Source: Lingula anatina (lineage: Eukaryota; Animalia; Brachiopoda). Taken from it: a DNA stretch of 64,000 nucleotides. A program made the translations under genes and the position numbers. Below the pieces are notes generated by a model that worked only from the letters and a program-made list of their open reading frames with translations, ran no database searches and was not told the DNA's origin. The stretch lies in NCBI GenBank assembly GCA_051362555.1, contig CM120642.1:17422001-17486000 (forward strand). The letters are read 5' to 3'. Positions 1 through 10,246 of this stretch are shown here, one piece after another. How positions within the stretch are numbered: the first letter of the stretch is position 1; each line of letters starts with the position of its first letter.

Positions 1-54
1 TAGAGTCTTATCATGACAAAGGCCTATCTAACTTAAATAAGATTCGTTCTAAAT

Positions 55-231
55 CAGGGCTTGACACTAACTTTTTTCGATACTGGCCCGAAATATCGGT
101 AAATATTGCAAGGATGATTTGACACATGATATTTTAGTTGCTCTTTGGGCCAGTGACCCAAGCGATTCAATGGCCCCAGGTTGGTTTTCAGTGGCCCAGG
201 GCCAGTGGGCCACCCTTAATGTCAAGCCCTG
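55..231. mobile_element. hAT-type MITE (177 bp) in kinase intron
   Basis: TIRs CAGGGCTTGACA...TGTCAAGCCCTG flanked by a perfect 8-bp TSD TTCTAAAT (47-54, 232-239). Confidence 0.85.
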
Positions 232-307
232 TTCTAAATAGATACATACAATGTGATCCAATGAAGTACATGTAATTTGAACTTTATTTGAAAAGGCTTA
301 GGCCTAC

Positions 308-635
308 CTTGTACACGTGGCCGTAACTGCCGACCCCCAACACTTTGTTGTCAGGAAATCCATTCATGTAAAGCTTTCTAATCTGTAAATTAGACAAAGT
401 TATTTGCATCAAGCACCGGTAAATAAAACCATTAAATATTTTCACAGAATGTAAAAAAAGAATGTTGAATTCTCTTCTCGAAATGTTAGTAAGCCTATTA
501 ATGTTTTGGAGGATCATTTTGCCAAATGTATTTTGCATCCAGTTGATAATTTACCTTATTCTCCAGAGCTCTCCTTTTGATGTACTTATAGGTATGTTGA
601 GCACCCAAAAACGCTAGATGCGAAATGATTATCAT
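308..635 (-). CDS. Protein kinase, first two coding exons (635-555, 382-308); gene continues off the left edge
   Basis: ATG at 635; spliced in phase 0 with GT/AG gives MIIISHLAFLGAQHTYKYIKRRALENK|IRKLYMNGFPDNKVLGVGSYGHVYK|, ending in the kinase Gly-rich loop LGxGxYGxVYK followed by donor gtaggc. Confidence 0.8.
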
Positions 636-639
636 TTTA

Positions 640-1510
640 AAAAATAAACAACACAGATTGCTTTCTTCTGTTTACGCTAAATCTTGAATCTCTGTCGTTG
701 CCATCTGACGTAATGGTGACGTTGCGTTACGTTTTGCTATGATCTATGGCGTCATAATATCATAACGCAACGTTATGGCAGCATTCCCGCTAAATAGGCA
801 CGTGACTGTTTTGTATTTTTCAATTTTTCGACAGTGAAACGAGAGTAAACTGAGAGGAAAATACAGTTAGACTAAGTGAAGAACTTGCTATTTTAAGTTT
901 CATTTCATAAATATAATTAACTGCATCGTTAATTTAAAGATTTTATCATTAATATATCTATTTTTAATCAATATATTTATATTAATTCTTATCTTTCCGC
1001 CCACGTCTTAAATAATAATAATAAAAAAATGCTTTTTCGGGGGAGGAGGGAGCGGGATCGGTGAAATTTAACCCCCCTCTAGAAAATCCTGGATCCGTCC
1101 CTGATGCACAATGCACCAATCAACCTTTACCATTCCTCAACACAATGTTTCATTGATAATGCTGATCCATCTAAAGAATTTGCCCCTCCGGAAAAATCAG
1201 CCATTTACATCTTTCATCGTTTGAAAAGTACGGCTTGAAAAATTGAACGTTTAGTTAAAGTATTTGTCAAATCTTAAGTCAATTCGTTATGCTGTGTTGA
1301 ATTAATTAGATGCTGGATTCAATATAACCAAAACAGATTGTTTTCGGAGGGGAGGAAAGCGCTAAGTGAGTGAGAACGGAAGTGACGTTTTTGTGACCTA
1401 TATAGCTCACTTGCTTTCCAGGAAAACGCGTGTGGGTCGTTTTTCACTTGTGTAGTTTATGAAACCGGTGATGTGATTACGGCGATTGTTCGTGGACATT
1501 GCTAAAGGTG
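640..1510. promoter_or_regulatory. Divergent promoter region between the kinase and HMG-CW genes
   Basis: TGACGT (CRE-like) at 706 and 717, CACGTG at 799, ETS-type CGGAAGTG plus TGACGT at 1377-1388, and a strong donor AAG|gtgag at 1507/1508 suggesting a non-coding first exon of the + strand gene. Confidence 0.5.
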
Positions 1511-2688
1511 AGCATTTCATGTGCGAAAATGCCAAGAAAAACCGATTGTAAGATATATTGTTAAAACTTGTGTTATTGTAGTTGCACAACGTTTTTTCAT
1601 TAAAATCAATTCTACTTGCTTACAAGCCGCTGATTTAATTAACAATTAAAATTACAAAAGTTCTGTTTTATTTTGAATTGGCCAAATACATCGATTTATA
1701 TTTATAGTTAGATATACAATATCTAATTCCACCTTGCATATGGTTTTTAGTAAGCTTTGATAATGACAGAAAATGACTGAAAACTTCATGGTGAAAGAGC
1801 CGAGGCAGGGAAATCAGAAATGGAAAAAAGAATGTCCGCCTATGCTGGCTTTAAACGTACATATAGTGCATACGTAAAATTTAAAGAAGATTACAGTTAA
1901 ACATTTTAAAAAGAAAATATGCCATTGATCTCTCCACATTTTTGTAGTTGCATAGTACAGGTACCATATTATGACTATTCCAAACTACAGGGTATTTGCA
2001 AGTCGTACATGTATTTTGGCTCAAACATATTTAAGTTTTGCACTTTGAGAAATATGCTGCAAGATTTATAGTTTTGTAAATTAACCAGAACATACACGGG
2101 GGAACAATGAATTTATTTTGTTAAGATTGGAAACCACACGATGACCAACCAACTCTAGACTGGCACTGAACATTATGAGCACACTGAAAGGAGCACAGAC
2201 CAGATCGAGAGAATATTAATCGAATAATCCATAACCAGACAATTTAGATGAATTTGTTTAATTTATAGATAAGGTCCTTTTTCAAATTATTTTTATTTGT
2301 CTTAAGAGATATAGAGATGAAAGTGACAGAAAGCCTATGTATCAGCTGGAATAAAAAGGGAATGAAATGTTCGTTGCTGCAGTTGAGACAAGGTGCAGTG
2401 TGTTTTGGAACAGCCAACTGCATTGGGATAACAGATCAGATTAACTGAAACAAGTTCCTGACAAGCAAATACTTTGTATTTAGAGATGGGGTGGATCCAA
2501 AAAAGAAAACAAATAAATAAAAATAATAAAATGATAATAATCATAATAATAAAAGTCTAATTTGTATTAAAATGTGTATTAAAATGAGTTATCAACAAAA
2601 GTAGTCCCTGCTCTTTGTGTCCCGATGGAGAGAGTGCCAGGTTTACTGGAAATTATTGATTGCCTGTTTAGCCTTATATGTATATATA

Positions 2689-2723
<35 letters not shown>

Positions 2724-3011
2724 TAAAGAGATTTAGACTGAATGTAACATCAACTCGGATACTTTGGGGGTTGAAAAATTGGCTCATGCATAGGTCTGTC
2801 AGTATTCATAAAATTTCAACTTTACCAATTGAAAGAAAAAAAATAAATAAAGAAAAACCCCATTTCTGTGAAACAACATTTTATTAGTTTAGGATAAAAT
2901 CCCGTTATACATTTTTTTTGGTGAGGGGTAACATTGAGTCTACAGGTATTGCAGTGCAGTTCGAAAGCTTTAATATATTTAATCTGTCTTATTTCTTTAA
3001 CTATTCATCAG

Positions 3012-5239
3012 TCCTTGAAGTGTGTTGAAGATAAGAAAGTGGCCACTGCGACCTCACAATCTTTATCTCACAATTCACCAGGCTTAAGCAGCATAGATTT
3101 AAAACCAGATCCTAGTGCGTCAGTGATGCCACAAGAGGACAGGACATCTGGGGCACCACCAGTGGGCAGCACACCCAGTAAACCACCAGAGGGCAGCACA
3201 CCAAATATGCCACCAGAGGGCAGCACACCCAGTATACCACCAGAGGACAGCACACCCATTAAACCACCAGTGGGCAGTACACCCAAGGTACAACCAGAGG
3301 GCAACACTCCCAAGGTACCACCAGAGGGCAGCACACCCAATAAACAACCAGAGGGCAGCACACCAAGTATACCACCAGAGGGCAGCACACCAAGTATACC
3401 ACAGGAGGGGGAAAGTGAAGGAGAACAATTACAAGAACAGCAACAAGTCCATCCAAAATCCCATGCTGATGGCAGTTTGCCAGATGATATGGACAATACT
3501 GTGAAAAATGCTGAAGGTTCATGTTTTTTATAAGTAATAACACACCCATTTTCAAATTGTTCCCACTTCTCTTTCACACAAACCACAATTTGTTAAGTTA
3601 TTTAGATATTTTATTTGATTGAAATATAAAACATGCATACACAATTAGAAGTTGTTATCCACAAATAAGGAGTTGTCCTTTTTTATCATTTAAGATGGGA
3701 AGTTGTATTTTTCAAAAGATGAATTATGTTTATTTGTATTTCATATAGTAATAATAAATAAACCTTTTTTATAGCTGATGCTAACCTGGTTCCTCCAAAG
3801 CGCCCAAAAAATGGATTCATTCGTTTCTCCATCCAATATCGCAGAGAGATTGCCAGACGACATCCCAAACTTGACAATCGCGAAATATCCAGGATGTTAG
3901 GTTCAAAATGGAGGAAGATGACCAAAGAAGATAAAAAGCCATATGAGTAAGTATAGTGTTTACTACACACATTTTTATATTGTCATTTGCAGTACAGACT
4001 TCCTTAAAGTAGGATTTTTTCAATCTAATTTGGGAAAAGTTTTTTGAGATGAAGTAATTCCCGCGCAAAAATGCAGTAGTATCCAAGTAGCAAAAAAGCA
4101 TTAATGCAGTAGTGGTGTGGAGCATATTTGCAGTAGAAATGCAGCATAGCCTACTGCAATTCTACTCCAAAAAGTACATAGGTTTGCACAGAGAGGAGCA
4201 TTAATGCAGTAGATTAGCAGCATGATAGAAGCATGTTTCAAATATGCTAATTAGCTTCCAAATCGAAGCAGATTTGAATCATGTTTGCAGTATGATTGCA
4301 GTAGTCTATTGCGGTTTGCAGTATGATATTGCGTTTTCTTGCGGGATAAGATAACTCCTCATCCTAATTCTGCTTGAAAAGATTGATCAATAAATAAATA
4401 AGTTAATTTCAATCATAAGTTGTTAAAGATCAAACACAACCAACAGACATGTATGGAAGTAAAGAAGTTGTCTATGACTGGGTTCCCATGCCTAGATCAA
4501 TCTTACAGGATCGATCCATCTCCCAGGGGTTTCTCGTTAAATTGCTTTCAGCTTAAGCGGCTTAGATGGCTGGGCATGCCTACTGAAACTGCTAAACGAT
4601 AATTAATTGCCCCTTAGCAGCTTCAGTAGGCGTGACAGATAGTTAAGCCACTTAAGTTGATTGATTTATCATTCAGAGTTGCATTCTTGGAGGAATTAAA
4701 GGAAACCAAGCAGAAGTACCCCAGTTGGTCATATGGACCCCCAAGACAGCGAGCAGATTCTGTCGCTGACCCCATGCCTTGTAGACTAAGGCCTAAGAGG
4801 ACACTGAAGGTATTTTGGGTTTCAGTGGAAATGATTAATAATTTTGCTTTTCTTCCTTTTTATTTTATGTGTCAAGCCTGAGTTTAGATCTACATGTACA
4901 TGTGACAGGATCACAACATGATTAATGATACCAGAAGAAGTACTCTAAAAATTTGTTGGTTCTGGTTTCTCACAACTGATTCATTTCAATTTGCAACTGC
5001 CCCAATGTGTAAAATTTTAATTGGTTTGAAAATTGCAAATGAGGCAGTTTGCATTACTCCCATGACTGGTCCATAAAAGATAGTAATTCTTTTCTTCTTA
5101 TTTGAACCACAGCTTTCAGAACTGACTAGAAATTTAAAAAGTAAATGACAAATGCATCTGACCCATAAAAGAAAAATAGCTTGTATTGAAATTAAGGATC
5201 TTAGCCCTAGACACTGATTTTTTTTTTTGCTTTTTCTTT

Positions 5240-5273
<34 letters not shown>

Positions 5274-6924
5274 TTCTTTTTTAAATTTCAATTCAAATTA
5301 CAGCTTCCACCACTGACAAGAAGTTACACAAGAAAAAAGAAAATAACAAAACCCTCAGACTCTCCCCCAAGCAAGAGTACCTGGGTGCAGTGTGACAGGT
5401 GCTCGAAATGGCGATGTCTACCAGTCACAGTTGATTTACAGAAACTTCCACATATATGGTATGTGTAACACTATAGAGTAATTCTTATTAGCATGTTTAA
5501 TGATGGGTTCACTTCATTTTCATTTTTAAGGTCATTAAAATACATAAATTTTGGCAGATCTGGTCAGGTTGAGGGGGGGGGGGGGGGTGAGGGGCAATGC
5601 ACAATGATGAAAAATTAACAGAATTAATATAAAAAATATTAAACAATAGATGAAGATAGTTTTACTATAAAATGTAGACCTTAAGTTGAAAATGTTGAGT
5701 TTTCAATTTGTCTCTTCTGCTTGTGACATACTTGTAGTTAAATTATTTTGGGAAGAAGAAGGGAAGAGGGAGGTACCAGTACTGTCAGAATTGGGTGCGG
5801 GGGCATGTGCAAGCTGCATTACAATAATAAACATTAAATAGTAATATTAAATAGCATTGGACATTAAAACCAGTATATTTATGATGTATTTTAGGTTCTG
5901 TGAGTACAATCCTGACATTAAGTTCAACGGCTGTTACGTCCCAGAGGAGTCACTAAGAGAAGGAAGTTCTAGACCTAGTCCGAAGAAATTACACAGTCAG
6001 GAATCTCCAGAAAATCTGCTCCTACATTCTCCAGAGAATGGAAGCAAAGGTGTAGTGGTATCTGAAAATGGACTGCACAGTAGTTTACCAGTATCAGTAC
6101 AAAATATCCAAAAGGTCACATCTCAAGAAAATCTGCACGCTGAAAAATTTGAACGTAATCTACAAAGTGGTGTGGCAGTTAAAAAAGTGTGGAAAGGGAC
6201 CACTGCAATAAATCTGCAAAGTGACATTGCATCAAATGTCCCAAAAAATGGAATGCACACCAAATCTCCACAAAATGTAAATTGCACGGCTGATGCTTTT
6301 ACTGGAATTTTAACAGGCCATGACCAGGTGCTCAGTAACCACCCCTTTTTAAGTCATTCATCAGTAAAAGAGGAAAGAGTAGCTTCCCGCGGAGGTCACT
6401 TTAGAAGAAATAATTTACCAGTAAACAAAAATCATGGTATTTCACTTCAACCCTTACCCTGCAACCCTACTGAACCTCACACAGTAAATCTGCTGCATGT
6501 AAGTAGGCCTACACAAGAACTCGTGCACAGTGGCACCTCACAGAGAAATCTGCACAATAACAGGATCTTGCACAATGGCAGTTTTATCGGAAACTTGCAC
6601 AATGGTACCTCTAATGGAACCTTGCACAATGGCGCTTCTTCAGAAGCTGATCTACACAAGGGATCTTTAGTAGAGGCCATTCCAGATGGAAGCCCAATGC
6701 CAAATGGCCTGGAACAGTCCCAGGTTCATTCAGCATGCGATGCGTCGGACAGTGGAGCTACTATTGGTGTGGAGGATGGCCTGTCTTATTGTGGGGAAGA
6801 ACTATACGATTGGCTCTGGGTTGCAAACAGCAATCACTCGGATGTTGAGGACTTTGTAGATGTAGATGGAATACAGCCTAGTGTTTTGGAGATTGAGTTA
6901 CCTTTTGATGCTGAAATGATGTAG
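3012..6924 (+). CDS. HMG-box plus CW-type zinc finger protein; exons 3012-3516, 3775-3946, 4677-4809, 5304-5458, 5895-6924
   Basis: All introns GT-AG and phase-compatible. HMG box PPKRPKNGFIRFSIQYRREIARRHPKLDNREISRMLGSKWRKMTKEDKKPYEVAFLEELKETKQKYPSWSY; zf-CW WVQCDRCSKWRCLP...LPHIWFCEYNPD...GCYVPEE. Start codon uncertain (in-frame ATG at 3126 or an upstream exon). Confidence 0.88.
3156..3398 (+). repeat. Coding 27-bp minisatellite, 9 copies of PPEGSTPxx
   Basis: Units like ccaccagagggcagcacacccagtata seen directly; translation PPVGSTPSK PPEGSTPNM PPEGSTPSI... Confidence 0.92.
4060..4345. mobile_element. Non-autonomous TIR element (CCCGC termini, EnSpm/CACTA-like) in HMG intron
   Basis: CCCGCGCAAAAATGCA...TGCGTTTTCTTGCGGG inverted ends; internal TGCAGTA repeats. 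Confidence 0.5.
4478..4655. mobile_element. Partial copy of palindromic MITE family (other copies at about 19614-19871 and 47985-48202)
   Basis: Shared motifs cctagatc..ggatcgatccatctcc..tttctcg.taaattgc and agcagcttcagtaggcgtg. Confidence 0.65.
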
Positions 6925-7220
6925 ACATTTGAAATGTTTAGGGTCAGGTTAATAAGAGTGATATTTTACATGTTTAATATCTGCTTTGAACATGATTATT
7001 ACTTGGAATTGTATAAGGATTGAATCTATTTTTTGATCAGAAGTTTTTGTTTGTTTGTTTTTTCTCATAAAATAGAAAAAGATTGTGGATATATGGCATT
7101 TGTAATGCATGATCTTGTAATAGGTTTGATTGTAACCATTTATAAATGCATGCATGGTTATTGAGCAGTCATACATATTAATTGCATATAATTATTCAAA
7201 AGATTAAAAATTAATTTTTA

Positions 7221-7795
7221 ATTTATTTTTTTTATTTTTATTTTTTTTTTATTGCATATCTCAACAAAAAATACAAAATTGATAAATAACTAAATAAAAA
7301 TCACTCTCACTCACTCTCACACTTACTCACTCACAAAGAGACACTCTCATTTGCAGTATATATATATATATGTATTGTATCATTTAAAATATTTGTCAAC
7401 AACGATATATAATCTAATAATAAAATACTTGATTATAACTAATTAATACTATGATCTAATTCAGATAAAAACTAATCTGTGTTTTACTATCAAATATCGG
7501 CAGGGAACATACGACGGAAGATATCAGTCCAGGAAGAGAGATTGCAGCTTTTTCCATTTTTCATTAAATTTATCTATTGTCATGTTTCTTAGACTTATAT
7601 TTCTCTCTACGATGTAGGCCTGTCTCCATTCTATTTTAATATTTTCTATGTTTGGGGTAATGTTTTTCATTTTAAATTTATATATAATAAATTTTGTTAT
7701 TATCAGTAAACTGTTGAGCGCATTGCACTTCAAATTTGGAATTCCTAGAATTATATCAGATGCTGTTAATTGTAATACTTGTCCAGTCTTTAATT
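7221..7795 (-). mobile_element. 5'-truncated L1/Tx1-type LINE remnant (ORF2 C-terminus, 3'UTR, A-rich tail)
   Basis: Minus translation DIILGIPNLKCNALNSLLIITKFIIYKFK...YIVERNISLRNMTIDKFNEKW resembles the L1/Tx1 ORF2 C-terminus; T-rich run at 7221-7250 is a minus-strand A-tail. Confidence 0.6.
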
Positions 7796-10246
7796 TTTAA
7801 TTTATGATTTGTCAGACCATGATGTTGTGGAGTTGACATTTAATTAATGATTTTAATTAACATAATGATCATACTTCTTTTCATTGATTCATTGCATTTA
7901 AAATGTAACAAGAAAATAACTGTTTGGCAGGTTGATGAAGATATACGATTCCCGATCTAGAAAATATCCAATTAGTGCTTTCCATTACCATTGATTTGAC
8001 AAGTAGCCATTTCATTGTAATACCTGCTGAAGAACTAGGACATTTTACAAGAGTACTTTTAAAATTTAAAACTAATGCAATTGGAAAGAAGAACAAATTG
8101 ATTCCATTAAGTAACAGCATGTAATTTGTGATTTATATTTTTTTTTTCTGATTTCATATGGCTGTCCTTTAAATAAGGTTGGTACATGTACATGTACATG
8201 TAGCAAATGCACTGAGAACATAATTTTATTCTACATAGGTTCTGACTTCCACTGATTTTTTAGTTAGAAGTACCAACTACATGTTTAATATCTGACCAAG
8301 TGTCAAATTGTGTTGAATGAAAGATACTTTTTACATCTATTATAATAATTTGTTATTTGATTTTAAACAAAACAATTTTTGCCAATTTTGCATATTATGT
8401 CTGATTAAACAATGATGATTTTAGTTTGTCTGAAAACTTGTCATCATGGTTTTGCTTTATATTTAAAATTTACTTGTTTAATTTTAAATAAAGAAATTAA
8501 ACAACATTGAAAGGTGTGCCGGAATTTTATTTTTCACTCTGATAAAAGACAGATTTGAAATATCGTTTCGTCTTTTCATCAATTATGAGTGCCAATTATT
8601 GCAATGTAAACGATATTTTAAGGTGGAGCTGTAATGTGGCTGCAGTTGAGTACTTCACAACACTCTCCAGGTTTGGGAGGATCTAGTTTACATCCTGGTG
8701 GTATTCCGACCCCTGTCCAATCTGTGCACCTGTTAATAAGAAAGAAATAGTACCACAGTTATATTTATTAATTAAGTGCTTTACAACTTTCCTCAAGTTA
8801 AGGAAGGTCTACCACAATAGCAGGGTTTTTTAAATTCTTGCTTCTCATTTCCCTGATGAACCAAGGCAGAAACTTTTTTTATTCTTTATTCCTGCAATAA
8901 TAAACTAGTCATCATAGTTTCCACCTTCATCTAATCAGCGGTACCAATTGTCTTTGGTTGACAAAGTTTTCCCAAAAATTTAGCCTTACTGATGAACAGA
9001 GCTGTTCAGTTATTTATTGTTATTTATTTTTTTCTTTTCCTCGTGCTTGTATTTTGATTTACGTGCAATGTAGCTACCGGTATTATTTTTTATACGTGCA
9101 TGTATGTTCTTTATTCATTTATTATTAGTCATGTAACAAACTAATTTTTGTTATTAAAATAATAAGACCCTTCCCATAATAAAAACAAACCCACTGCACA
9201 TCTCAAAAGATAGATTGGACAAGACAGCAAATAATGTGGAAATTCTGGTTATTTTAGGAAACGCACTGCGCCACCGCAGGCAAAATCACAGACGGTGCAC
9301 CATTGCATCAGGTGAGACAAACAAGTTTGCTGTGCTGAGATGTTCGAGCACCTCTATCACACTCCTAACGTCATCCCCCCCCCCCTATCACACTCCTAAC
9401 GTCATCCCCCCCCCCCCCCCCCCCCATCATGCAAATGAAACTGTAGGTTTTGTTTATTTTATTTATTTTTCTTTATCAATAAAATTATATTTTGGACAGA
9501 ACTTACTTTGCTTCGCAATAGTAGAAATTAATGGATGGTCTGAGGCACCAGCAGGTACGTTTGCAGTCTACGTCCCAGGTCTCTCTTGCTTTGTAGAATT
9601 TTCCTCCGACCTCACAGGAATCTATTTCAGTAAGAATACATAGTGCATTGTTATTATACACGTGTCGTGGGAATGGTGGATCTATCCTATGTAATCTTTA
9701 AGCGATGTACGTGGAAAAATAATGAATCAGTACGATAATATTTAGAAATAATAAGAATGATAGGCCTTATAATACCATAATAATAATAATAATAATGATT
9801 AACTATATTTGTACATATCCAAAGACTTAAAGGGTTTGCTTCATGCCGTCAGTATGGCCTGAACGGAACATATTCTTCAGAAAACATGCCCAACTAACGA
9901 TATCTTTATCCAAATACACAAATTAAAAGCTCATTTTGTAAATTTTTGGCTTTAAAAAACGTCCTATTTGCTCGGCCTGGGAGTTAATGAGCTACGTGGT
10001 CACGTGGTCCAATGACGACAATCGAGCCACTGGAGAACAGAGCGTGCTTAGCTGTCAAACTGAGCTGCATTGTCTACCTGTAAGATGACTTCTCTGGCTT
10101 CTGATAAAAGTTTATACTCATTCAAATCTCTTACCCGAGGGGTCTAAATCCTCGTGAAGCTGTGTAAAACCATTTCCCGTCTAGTCATTTCTTTAACAAG
10201 CATTTCATTATGGTTATCCCAAGTTGTATAAAACACTGCATTTGAA

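Noticed and set aside
1760-2275. Possible extra 5' exons of the HMG-CW gene
   Set aside because: No convincing open frame with matching splice sites; cannot be supported without transcripts
3068-3586. Minus-strand repetitive ORFs (GVLPSGG, CAALWW)
   Set aside because: Antisense shadows of the 27-bp coding repeat in the HMG-CW exon
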